Assembly: GCA_973895155.1 (NCBI GenBank)
Contig: OZ316891.1
Location: 5,737,708-5,801,707, forward strand
Source: Marsupella aquatica
Taxonomy: Eukaryota > Plantae > Marchantiophyta
Length of the DNA stretch: 64,000 nucleotides
Direction: 5' to 3'
Shown here: positions 36,507-49,200 of the stretch, one piece after another
How the letters are laid out: each line of letters opens with the position of its first letter
How positions within the stretch are numbered: the first letter of the stretch is position 1
Program-made: the position numbers and the translations under genes
Notes under the pieces: generated by a model
The model's input: the letters and a program-made list of their open reading frames with translations, nothing else
Databases searched by the model: none
What the model was told of the DNA's origin: nothing

Positions 36507-39500
36507 ATGGCGAAATCCGTAGCCACCCCTGTGGCTAAGCGGAAACTACGGTCAGCAAGTCCTCCTTCTCCCGCCCCAGCTCCCGTGCCCCCGCCCGATT
36601 CCGATTCCGAAGTGTCTGATGACCTTCTCCTGGACGATGAAGTATCGGACGAGGAATTGTCTGAGAACGAAATTTCATCTGGATCGGATTTGGCGGAGGG
36701 AGATGAACCCGATGGAGAAGATGCAGACAGCTCGAGTGCCGAGGAGGATGGGGAATCTGGTGAAGAGGAGGAAGGTGATTCTGATGACGAGGAATATGAT
36801 CCGGAAGAGGATATTGCGAAGGCTGTGAGAGAATTTGTAGGTCTAGAGTCCGATTCAGATGGCGAAGATGAGGAGGAGGAAGGAGAAGACGAGAAGGAGC
36901 CTGCGCTGAATTCCGAAGGAGGAGATGTGGCAGACTCTGATGGAGGTGACGAAGCCAACGGGGGAGGTGGAGAACATGCTGATGTTGCAAGGGAAATGGA
37001 GGAAATCCAAGCCGTAGAGGAAAGTGATAGTGAGGATGATGGTGAATTGGCACCTCGGAACACAATTGGAGAGGTTCCCCTAGTGTGGTACAAGGATGAG
37101 AAACACATTGGGTATGATATTGAAGGAAAGAAAATTACAAAGAAAGAGAAGAAAGATCAACTGGAGGCATTTTTGGCTCGGTCAGACAATTCCAAGGACT
37201 GGTGGGTTTTACTGAATTGCCCGATTCCTAGTTGTGCTTGGTCTTCGTTACCTTTCGGTCTACATATTCTGATTATACACATGCGTAACTTGCTGCATTA
37301 TTGGTAGAATGGACACAACAAATTTGAAGGTTGATGCGTAATGTGAATTTTCTCTCCCGTCTTAACACAGATAGAAGTGTTTAATCTTGGTTCGCTCTGG
37401 CAGGCGGAAGGTGTTTGATGAGTACAATGATGAGGAAATTGAGTTGACGAAAGACGAAATTGATATGATTCGAAGACTTCGTCAAGGAAGGACTCCACAC
37501 AAAGAAGTTAATCCATACGAGGTGTGTGTCGCTTGGAAACGCAGTTATTTCTCCTGGGAATGCTGAGCAACTGTCGTGGCGGTGGCCGTGGTAAATTTAA
37601 GGGAATTCGGAGCTTGAGGCCTTTACTACCCTCGAGGTCTCCTTAGCCTTCCCGTTCATCAGTTTGGGGTTATCCACCTACTTAAGAATTTACTCATGTA
37701 ATTTTCAGGTCTTCTTGGTTTAATTTTTGGTTGTTGCACGTTTCAGCCTTACGTTGATTGGTTCGAGTATGAAGATAAAGGCCACCCTCTATCCAGTGCA
37801 CCTGAGCCGAAAAGGAGGTTTATTCCCTCAAAATGGGAAGCAAAGAAGGTGTTTCTCACCTCCCCTAGTCTTTGCACATACTATTTTATGTACTGTTACC
37901 TCCTCTCAGCGTGATTTTGGAAAAGTAAGTTGAATCGGGATGACTATATACATTCAGAGATATACGCCAGTGCACAAGTCAGCTGTGCTTAGGCGACTAA
38001 CGAAAATTATGAACGACACCTTTACATATGAAGAGTCAGAGTTGGTATGGAATAACAGAGTGCGAATAAACTTTTTGGTATTACTTTCTGCTGGTCAGGT
38101 TGTAAAATTGGTGCGAGCCATCCGTAAAGGTTGGATATCTCTAGACAAACCGAAGGAGAAACCAAAATATTATTTATTGTGGGGAGATGATCTTCAAGCC
38201 ACAGAGAGGACTGCCAATGGTCTTGCTTATATCCCTGCTCCGAAACCCACGTTACCTGGTAACCCCCTCGATAAAAACGTTTTGTTGCAGTTCTGCGTTT
38301 GAACACTAGGTGGCAATGTGTTTGATGGAGAAGGAGCGGGCCCGTTCTCTTAGAAAACATTGTCGTTTCGGTTGAGCATTGCTATTTGACGAATGTCAAT
38401 GGCTAGATGGAATTTAGATTGTGTGCAACTCATAAATGTGGCTATGGATGGTTTCACAAGTTAAAATATGCCTCTTGGCTATAAGGACAGGGATGCGTCG
38501 AACTCACATTTTGATGACAGGTCATGAGGAGTCGTACAACCCACCAGAGGAGTACATTCCCACTCAGGAGGAAGTCAATGCTTATCAGCTTATGTACGAA
38601 GAAGATAGGCCTAAGTTTATTCCCAGGAAGTGAGTATTCTTCAAAATGGGAATCTCGTCCACTCTTCTGTGGATACAAGGGTTTACAGGAATTTCTTTAT
38701 GGTACTTGGCATTAATCATTAGGACGTTCTGTCGGTAAAGTATATCGGTATACTACGATGATCTGGGTAGCTATTGCCTACAACGTACATTCTTTAATTG
38801 GGGCCAGATTTATGCCTCAAATAATTGTCTCAAATATATGTTTGGTTCTAGTTTATGTATGCTGGTTGTATTGCATCAGGTACGATGCACTTCGGAAAGT
38901 TCCTTCTTACCCAGAGTATATCAAAGAGCAGTTCGAACGATGTTTGGACCTGTACTTGTGTCCACGATCACGGAAGAAGAGGGTGAGAATAGTAACCACC
39001 TCTACGTTTGTTGGTAATTCTAATGTTTCATGGTTTTGACAACGTTCGTCTATGTTTCTTCCGTTTTGTGGACTCTGATGCTATGCATTTGGAGCAGATA
39101 AACATTGATCCAGAGTCCCTCATTCCCAAACTTCCGAACCCAAGAGATCTACAGCCGTTTCCAACAACTTTCTTCTTGGAGTATCGGGGCCACACTGGAG
39201 CAGTGAATAGCATTGCTACTTCTCCGTGTGGAGAGTGGTTGGCTTCAGGTACCTATGGGTTGTGTGTCATAGTTGCTGATGTCTACTTTCATTTCTCTAA
39301 GTTGTGAGGACCTAGATGTATGCAATATGCACCAGATTTCTAAGGAAATAGCCCAGGGCTGTCCTTGAATTATGAGTTCTCTTTACTCAAGGAAAATTTC
39401 TCCTGTGATTCCATTACAGTCCAGCTGATCCCTGGTTTTTTGTTGAAGGTTCACACGATGGAAATGTACGTCTCTGGGAAGTACAAACTGGGAGGTGCCG

Positions 39501-41788
39501 AAAAATTTGGAAATTTGGTGGAGTCATCCAGCAAATTGCGTGGAACCCTAACCCTCAGCTTAGCATAATTGCAGTAGCAGTGTAAGATTTCTAAAATTTG
39601 GAATACCTTTAACTTTGTCGTTCCCGTTTGCAGCAATGCTTTCTTGGATTTCTCTAGCTCTCCAACACGTCGTTCAATAAATGTGGACCATCTTCACCAT
39701 TGCAGGGAAAACAATGTTGTTCTTGTAAATACAGAAGTGGGCTTAGAAGAGGCAGAAGCTACGCTGTCATCTCTTCTTACTTCGACTCAAAAGGCGTCAG
39801 CGAAAGAGAATGGTAAGAATTGCCCTCAAAAAGATAGTATTTTCTGTATCAAATGATGCCGATTCAATTCAATATCAGCTTTACTTCAAGGAATTCTATC
39901 AGCTTCATTTACATCGATTGGATCAAGAAGTCTCTGATTGGGTAGTAATTAATTTTTTGCAGGCACAGAAGACACTCCCCTGGCTACATGGACCCAGCAT
40001 GAAGAACTCAAAGGCTTGAAACTTGGCCACAAGCATGTAAGTATCTGTCATCCTCTCTAAAGTAATAGTTTTATATACAAGAAAGTTTCTCTCTTGGTCA
40101 CTATTTGCAGGCCAAAGCGCAGGCCAAAGCGACTTTTCAAAGTACCCCGTAAAGTATGGAATGCCGAGAGTGGTTGCAGCATTCTCCTCAACAATACAAG
40201 CACGCAGCAATAATCCCTTTGCAAGTGGTGTTCCGCCTCTTTCCTAGTTCGAATGTTGTTGGTCACTTACCTTTCAATAACCATTTTTGGCGATATGTAG
40301 GTGGTGCATTCTGTGGCATGGCATTACAAGGGCGACTATCTTGTCACAGTGAATCCAGATGATATCCTTCTCAATCACTTTCATGTTCACGTACAAGTGG
40401 ACCTGTTTGTTGCTTGAAGCTTTAAGAAAGTTTGTTTTAGTTGACTTTTTGAAATGGCTAAGGTCATGGAAAGCATAGTGCGTGTCGAACTTATTTTTTA
40501 TAGGCCAGCACTTGTACAAAGAGATCTTGCATCATTTAATTTCCTTGACTGTGAGTGGTGCACGTAATACAAAGGCAGTTCTGGTGCATCAGCTTTCGAA
40601 GCAGCAGACACAAAACCCATTTCGTAAGCATCATGGCCGTGTTGTGCAAGTTCTGTTTCACCCTTCCAGGCCCTTCATGTTTGTCGCTACCAAGATGCAT
40701 GTACGGGTCTACAATCTGGTGAAACAACAACTGTCAAAGAAGTTGATGACAGGGCTGGATGCAATCTCATCTATAGCCATACATTCTGGAGGTACGATGT
40801 TATTGACCTTTACTTTCATAACGTGCTGTGCAGGTGCTATTTATCGCTGTGAAATACTTTCGATGACTTGGCATGTAATACTATCACTGTCGTAGCTTTG
40901 CCGTAAATCAGATTGTTTAAGTCTTACTGTCTTCTATCCTTACTCCTTCCTTCATCCGTCTCTACCAATTGTCTGGAGCTGACAAGTGGACATGCTGTGT
41001 AAGAGAAATATTAACCTCTACTTGAGCTCTCGTCCAGGTGACAATTTGATCGTTGGCAGCAGGGATGCTAAGCTTTGCTGGTTTGATATGGATTTATCAA
41101 CAAAGCCTTATAAATCTATCAAGTGAGTTTTTCTCCTTGTCCTGCATACATTATTATGCTGCTGTTTAGGTGCTCTTTTATTATCTGGCTGGTTACGTTA
41201 CCGTCATTTCTAGAAGTTTCTGTTCTATTGGAATTTTCATGATTGGCGTCTACTTTGCAGTCATGGTTCCAACCAGGAGCGGCCAATTTGGGTTTCGTTT
41301 ACTGACCTTGTGTGGTAACCGTTTGTTGCAGAAATCATAGCCAAGACATAAGGGCTGTGGCTTACCACAAAACATATCCGTTGTTTGCAACCTGCTCTGA
41401 GGATAAAAGTGCGCATGTTTTTCACGGAATGGTATATTCAGATCTCCTGCAAAACCCCCTAATTGTACCAGTCAAAGTGCTGCAAGGGCATCAAGGAGGT
41501 ACGTATCTTCACTGTACAATCAACTATAAGGGCTGGCGGATTATTATGCCTTAGGTATATCAGGTGTATCCTTGAAGTGTGGTTTTGCCTGTTCCATTCA
41601 GGCAAATGCTCCACCTGTGTTGTTTTGTGATGCTAAGTATTATGGTTGCGAAGGACCTTCTGCAAACTTGCTCATTTGTTTTATCTGTTGGCAATATTGC
41701 AGCTGTTTTCGATTGCATTTTCCATCCAAAGCAACCATGGTTATTCACAGCAGGGGCCGACGCTGTTGTCAAGTTGTATTGTAACTAG
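36507..41788 (+). CDS. BOP1: Ribosome biogenesis protein BOP1/ERB1 (acidic N-terminus, BOP1NT domain, WD40 repeats); 15 exons: 36507-37201, 37404-37521, 37747-37848, 38099-38258, 38521-38629, 38880-38982, 39098-39248, 39449-39581, 39706-39812, 39963-40036, 40301-40361, 40564-40791, 41038-41122, 41332-41498, 41703-41788
   Basis: Diagnostic motifs: [124 protein letters not shown]. Splice sites keep the frame throughout. Confidence 0.97.
40362..40563 (+). other. U12-type (minor spliceosome) AT-AC intron in BOP1
   Basis: 5' site ATATCCTT at 40362, branch site TTCCTTGAC at 40541-40549, terminal CAC at 40563. Splicing yields the in-frame [18 protein letters not shown]. Confidence 0.9.
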
Positions 41789-42660
41789 GGGGAGATTGTA
41801 TTGTCAACGTTTTTGCCGAAGTAATGTCTGTAATCCTATTTATCACAAGTGAATAGGGAATTATTCGATAGATGATATTGTGAACAGTATAGTTTGATTA
41901 GATCACGGCTGTTGTTTTTTACCCAACTCTGAGAGTTGGTGAGAATCAAATGAGAGGCATCACGAGTTCCAAAAAGTGTGGAGAGAAATTACTTTGGAAG
42001 CAACGTTGCATCGCCTGTTGCATCAGAGGACCAGCTGAGACTTGGAAGGTTGTTGGGATCTGGGGACATGTCAAAGCTTGTTGTCTTGTTAGGTTGTGTA
42101 CTGGGAACCGTAAACCTTTTCTTTTGCCTTGAAACCGAAAGATATCCCACCCATCAGTAGACAATTGTTGTTGGAGCATGCAACACTGTAGCGTTACCCA
42201 GGGATCCAATTTGGGACCCTACCAGGGGGGCAGATCGAGTCAAAACAGGGTCCTAAATTGGCTGAGAATATAGTCAGGTGGGCCCTGATTACACAATCTC
42301 CCACACATATATATCCACACCCCTTATGTGTAGATGGAGGATTGAACCCAATACCTCTCCATCGGAGGCTTATCCCCTGGGCAACTTACCAGTCATTACC
42401 TTTTTAGTGGGGTGACCGAAAGATCATCATTAAGATAAATGTGACACGCTCATGTGTCAGTGTCTTATTGGGAAAGCAAAATGGCAAATTCCATTTCTAG
42501 TATGTATCAGAAGTACAGACCTCGTTTGCTATTTGTGTCAACTCTATTAAACTTGAATATACCATGCTTATATGTACCTGTTCTTGGCGATGTTAATGGG
42601 ATTATGAAGCCCTGCCGGGAAAATGGTTCTTTGTCAGGAGAATTGAGCAGACACTAGAGC

Positions 42661-42814
42661 AGTGAGCACCCTGAAATAGGCAATCCTCTGTTTAACTTGA
42701 CACTACAGTAAGGAGTTTTTTGTCATGACTCAATTTGAGTGAGCACCCTGAAATAGGCAAATTTCTGTTTAACTTGACACTACAGTAAGGAGTTTTCAGT
42801 CATGACTCAATTTG
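42661..42814. repeat. 77-bp tandem duplication
   Basis: AGTGAGCACCCTGAAATAGGCAA...GTCATGACTCAATTTG starts at 42661 and 42738. Confidence 0.9.
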
Positions 42815-43479
42815 AAACCTTCCACTGGGCGGAGAGTTGCATGCACTTCCCAGCCTAGAAAAGAGCACCTCAGCTTAAACCCGAAACCACTGTTTAAGTT
42901 GACAATAAAGATATCTGTAATGGGCGTGATTAAGGGTGACTAATTGTGACTATATCAAAAATTCTTGGGCGAGTTGAACTTAATTGCAATGTGAAGTCGT
43001 GGGGGCAAAATACAGGGTAAACCCGTTTTGGGTCTCCCTAACAGCATCGGCCCCTTCTCACTGCAAGTTAGGTTGAGAGGTGCTTGTGCCTGCGCATTAT
43101 TGCCCAGGCGAGAGTGTTTCCCCTCCATCGCCGCGCTGCTGTTGAGCTCCATTGCTGCAAGCTGTTCAGATCCATCACAAGCTGCTGAGCTACTTCCAGC
43201 TGCTGAGCTTCGTAGCCAGCTCCTTCCCAAGATGAAGCTCTTCACTCACCTGCTTATTTGCTCAACTAACCTGCTGCAAGGGAACTTTGGCAGAGTTGAA
43301 GGAAGCACACCAAAAAGCACGGGGAATCTGGCCCAGGTTTTGGCCCCTTGGCATGTGGATAACTTTAATAAAGGGAGAAATATTTAGTCCTTGCTATCTG
43401 CACAAGCAACCAACCAACCGGTAAGAACTTGTCTTGATCTCGGAACTCCCAAGACCATTGTCTTGCCTCAAGCTCAACA

Positions 43480-44260
43480 GTCGTTAGTAAGTAGGTCAGC
43501 GGATAGAGCCTCCCAGGCCCGCATGGCCTTGCCATAAGCTGAAACTAAGGTCGACATCACTGTTCGTCGAGAACAGTCTATCTACCAGATGTCGCCCAAG
43601 CTTCCCCACTTTCTACCCGTCAATGGCTGACCGCCCTGCCTCCAGGACGTGCCCATGGCCCAAATTCAGTTTGTCACAAACTAGTAGTAACACGCCGAGA
43701 TCATTCAGTTTCTAGATCTTAGCCACCTCTCTGCGAAACCGGGTTCCGCTCAACCTCTCACCATGCATCGGGACCAGATTTCAATGGCAGCCCCCAGAGT
43801 CTACTTGGTTCTACCTCTCCAACATCAGGTCCCCGTGGGAACCAAATGCGGTTTGGTCACTGTTCGACTTCGGATTGGCAAGAGAGGCTCCCCCCATTGC
43901 AAGCCTCAAAACCAAAATTATCCAATGCACAATCAGAGAGCACCATGAGGTAGCTTTCTTCATTAGCTTTCCAACGAGCCCAAGAACTCCCCCAACGGAG
44001 ATCCGGTCGTCGAGTTATGTTTGTTTCCGCTTCAAAACTCGAAACGACGTATCTTCGTCGATCGCGATCAGCTCGAGCTCAAACTTGAGAGGACCACTCC
44101 CCTCATATATGCTTCTGGGGACCTGCCACCCCCGGACCAGCTTTGGTCCCCTATCTTTGGCCCCCTACCCGAGGGTCCGTGGGCCCCGCCACTTAGCTCG
44201 AAACGAAGATAATCGAAAACCTTCCGTAACTTGGCCTCGAGCGCAAATTGTGGCATAAGG
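43480..44260 (-). repeat. GC-rich dispersed repeat, inverted homologue of ~34390-35130
   Basis: Shared blocks such as 'accactcccctcatatatgcttct' at ~44093; the track ORFs share PLPSYMLL.T.HP.T.FGP. Confidence 0.65.
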
Positions 44261-44370
44261 GGCTAAAAGTTACGGCCCTAACCCCGCTCTGGTCCAGGCA
44301 ACCCCCCTGGTCCAGGCAACCCCCTCTTGGTTCATCGATGCGCGGCAACTCTAATCGAGTCTAAATTGAC

Positions 44371-44826
44371 CATAACTTTTGGCCCCTAAGTCCGTTGGCC
44401 AAAAAATATGTGGTCCCATGATCGGGCTCATGTGGGGCTTCTCAGGCCCCTATGGTGATCCGTTGGAAAAATAATTCATTTTTCCATGATCGGCAACGGG
44501 CCCAAACTACAAGCATGCGGCTTGAGTCGGCCATAACTTTTGGCCCCTGGGTCCGTTGATCAAGAAATATGCGACCCCATGATCGGGCTCATGTGGGGCT
44601 TCTTGGGCCCCTATGGTGATCCATTGAAAAAATAGTTCATTTTTCCATGATCGGGAACGGGCCCAAACTACAAGCATGCGGCTTGAGTCGGCCATAACTT
44701 TTGGCCCCTGGGTCCGTTGACCGAGAAATATACGGTCCCATGATCGGGCTCATATAGGGCTTCTTGGGCCCCTATGGTGATCCGTCAGAAAAATAGTTCA
44801 TATTTCTGTGATCAGCAATGGGCCCA
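44371..44826. repeat. 161-bp tandem repeat x~2.8
   Basis: CATAACTTTTGGCCCCT starts at 44371, 44532 and 44693. Confidence 0.92.
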
Positions 44827-46226
44827 ATAAAGTTAATTGGAATGCGCTTTTTTCAAGTCTTGTCTTTGCTCTTACTAGCCTCCTCTTTGTTAGTCGCATC
44901 TTTAATGGTCATGATAGTAGCAAATCTAAGAGGGACTCAACGCTGGAAATAGGCAACGCCGGAACAATTACAAGTAGATGAAAATTGTATTCGCAACTTG
45001 AAAACCCTCAGGTAAGCAACCATGGGGCATCCATTTTGAACAATTTCTTCCAAGCGAGGCTTTCTCCTCACATTCTGTCACCATCTCGAGTATACTGGTG
45101 ACTTCGATTCACTCAGAAGTAACTATAGTAGGGCTTTTCCACAACTTTTCTGGGAGTTTCCATAATACTTGAGTTAAACGTTTTGGGGGGTTCCCATAAT
45201 AATTGGGTTATGGGAGGTCTTTATCTTGGCGGTATCTTGTCAACTCCAAACTTTGAAACCCCTAGTGTAGACATTCAAGGTTTGCTGTCCCTGGGTCTAT
45301 TGTGCTGTTGTGGCCCATTTTGATTCCCGAAATCCCATTGATTTCACCAAACTCCCTTGATTTAATCAAACACCCAGCCCTAAGGTGAGATTGGAGGATT
45401 GATGGAGTGACAAGAACAACGGATTTCAGGTGACGATCATTCAAAATGCCACTCAGTAGAACTAGTTCATGACAAAGACATGGGTTGGACTCATAGACGG
45501 CTTGGCCCTGAGTCATACTGCGTCATGCCACTAAAGTCAAGTCGGTGAAAAGTGCAACATACAGCCACGAAAGTCGAAGGAGAGCAGAACTCTAATGTAC
45601 TCTAATTCAAAAGAATAGGAAGGAAGCAAAAACGACGACATTCAAACCAGAACGATCATCGGCCACTTGAAAAATCAGGTCGAGATGTCAATCCTAAGTT
45701 GACGAAGAACAACGGCCTTGTCCCAGAGCCACCATCAGAATGAGAACTCAGTGATAACGAACTGGAAGAGATAATGTATCTCCTTAATGTCATCCTAGAG
45801 AGCTGCTTTTCTTTCTGCAGCAATCAAGAAAATTGCCTCTTAATGTGGCATGATCACCAGAACCCCACATTCGGAGACTGGATCACTAATCTACAACTCT
45901 ACGACTGCAAGTGGACATGTTGTTCCGCTTCTAGACCCCAAGGCCTAACAGATGCGGTTCACTGACTCATCTATTTTTACAATCGTGAGACTTTCAAGAA
46001 GTGAATTTGGGTAGAGCAGGAGAGGTGGACTGCGCGCATTCACTCCTGCCCGAAGGATTACCCACAACCACAGATTTAGGTACCACTACACCAAGACCTG
46101 GGCACTCGTGCCCACTTGGCTCAAAGATAATTTTGCTTTCTCGTTTTTTGGGTTAAGCACCGCTTTTGAACTTGGTATCTGTTAATTGAAATGATTCCTA
46201 TGATACAACTTGACCCCTCCCAAGGG

Positions 46227-49200
46227 TCAATATCGGATACCTCCACATATGAGTATCCTTCCACCCATGATACGATGCCGCAGCATTGCTCTTTGCAGCA
46301 CAAACGTCTCCACATCGATTCGAAAGCGTGAGTCTACATTCGTCAAGTGCCCAAAAACCATACTTGTGCAGCTACTTAAATCGCCATTACCCAGGCAACC
46401 CAAACCAGATATCCCTACAGGGTAGTCCAGCAATTGGGTGTCCTGCTCTTCTTCTGAGTGGTGGCTTGCAGACCGACTCCTACTCAACGCCTTGCTCCGG
46501 CTGCTGCTAGCAGTGAGATTACCCTACAGATTTCATCAAATCAGAAATCAGTGCTCCAGTTAAACCGGCAATGTGATCTTTCATTCAATTGACTCCGGGA
46601 GCATAAGACAAATAGAAAATAATCCTTTCTAGTTATTCCCGGGAGTGACTGCGGCTTGGAAGACCAGTCTCAAGCTATATTTTTGACCAGTGGTTCAGAT
46701 TAAACATCCTGGAAGACTTCTTTGACATAAGAGGTGTAGTTGAATATTCACATTAGTATGCATCAAAACTGGAATGCTAGAACCTGAGACCGACGAGAGA
46801 TTACTTGCGAGAAAAAGAGCAATTGGAAACTACTGCCTTTGCCACCAAAGAGTACCAGTTCTCTTACATACTCGAGGAGTAATTTATCAGTTCAGTAACA
46901 TACCTTTACGCCGGTCTGATCTTGAAATGAGTAGTCCACTTTAGTTTCCCATTGCAACCATGGCAAGACTAGCCCATCCTCATTCATTGGCGCCTTTGTA
47001 GCAAAATTAGAAGACTGGCCAATGCATTTGCCATTTTCCTCAATCTGAGCACAAAATGTTTTAAGAGGCTGAAGGAAAATCACATTTCTCTCATCTGATC
47101 GGACAAAATTCTTTTTCCTTGGGCTCAAAGGCATATCCTTAACAGACCAGCCGGTTTCGCTCTCTTGGTATCCGGCACTCCCGTGATATCCGGCACCCAC
47201 CGATGAAGCATCATTAAGACTGACAATGTCTAGACCTGCTATTGAAACGCACTCATCGAAATAGCGTTGGGCATCCGCATCCAAGCACTGAGAGACCAAT
47301 TGCTGTTCGACGTCAGGGCCCTGTAGAAAATTGAAGGCCAGAGTTCCACCGGTCAGAAACTTTGCCCACATGTCCCAAATTACCGATGGACCAACATAGT
47401 CCACATTACAATCTCACTTTCAAAGAGCCTCCGCAAATGAAGGACAAAGACAACATTATCCATTTCTCGTTTAATGACAACTGGTTGACCCCTGAGGTGC
47501 ACCTCTCAACTTGCCAAGGCAATTGTCCGATGCTAAGGACTTAAATAATTTCCTATTGTCCGAGGGATATCACACCTTTAGGAGTCTGCCCAACCAAATG
47601 TGCTGGCTGTAGACGTGGACAGAGATTACCAGGGTACTAAGTCAAGAGCCTCTAATCACAGGACTATATCAAGCCCATTATCCACTGAAAACAAACATTC
47701 CAAGAACGACTTGACAGAAGATATGAAGGCCTGCTTACCATCATGGGCCTCAATGGAGGTGGAGGAGGCACTCGTGGCTGAAGGGCAGCACCTGCTTGGG
47801 CAGGAAGAAGTTCCTTCACAAATTTGACAAGGTCAAGGCATCGACGCTCCTCGGTAGCTAGTTGAGTCCATAAATCTTGAGCTCTCTTTTCAGACTGATT
47901 GATCATCAGAAGGCAACAGAATAAATCAGTCTTTACACACCACAGAAAAGGATCAGCAGAGAGATTATTTTCACTTCCCCCAGAAAAGGTCACCACTTAA
48001 TGTGGCTCAGTTTCACCCAAAAGCCATATCCCATAAGACATTCGCAAAGAAGTAAAAATGCTGTGCACCTACCTGCTCAAGCTTGACAGCATATTCTTGG
48101 CGAACCTCAGAAACAGAGGCCTCCTCGTCATCTTCTTTAGGTCCGGTAATACGAAGTGCCTCTTCCAGAGATGGTGTCGACTGAAGCAAGTCTTTGCTCA
48201 CAGACTTCTGAGATCAAGGTTAGAATGAAAGTGGTCAATCAATACGCACTAAACTTTAACATTAAGCATACTGGCACATCCAGACACTAACTAGAATCCT
48301 ACTGGTCCAAACTTTATGCTGTTGGTCTCTCCTAATTGCTACTGGTGACTTCCAACAGCCTGACAAATGGTCAGACGAACTAGCTCAAGCCATAGCAAAC
48401 TCCAGAACATCCTCCACGGTGACACTGCAGTAGATGCTCAAACTTTCTATGCGAGAACGATTGCTGTTGGTCTTGCGATAAGAATAACTGTACTCTGCAG
48501 AAAACTGAAACCTGTAGCAATAAATACTCAAACGTCCTCTACATTAACACACGCTACCTAATCAGCTCATTCAGAAGCATCATAAGACGGAAGGAGGGGT
48601 TGACGAGAAGAAACTAAGTTTCGATAAGTCAATTAGGAAACACAAGATCTGGCAAGGTATTCGATTCAAAGCTAGATATGACCGAAAAGAAAAGAATCCA
48701 CACGACGTGCTGACAGTGCCAGCTATAACCCAGACCTGCTCGAGCTCACTTCTGATCTCCGAAACAGCCTTCCGCATTTCGGCACGCATCGCATCATAAA
48801 GGGAGATAGCGTCCAGCTCTTGTGCCCCAGGCTCCTTTCAAAGGAGACAACGTCAAGTATCGATGTCAGTCGGACACCTCAAAAGGCCCGAGAGAATCAA
48901 AAGAAACCTCAAATATGAAACAATAAAATTGTTTCGCTCCAGACTTAGTAAGACCAGAAAACAGTTGCCATCAGCTAGTCTTCTTGTTCGTCTTTAATGA
49001 GCTCTTTCCCATGGTAGATTCAGGCAGCTATATCTAACTAGAGCTTATTCTGCATACTTTGCTAACGGGGGCCATGTAGGTACGACATTTCTTTCGCCAG
49101 CACAATTATTTGTCTTCTTCATATATTCTCGTCTGGTACAGGAGAAGAAGACGACACCATACCTTATTTTGTGTATGAACTGCTCGGATGGTTTTCTCTT

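Noticed and set aside
36428-37108. Ser-rich 226-aa and His/Leu-rich 176-aa minus-strand ORFs
   Set aside because: Antisense shadows of the acidic BOP1 exon 1.
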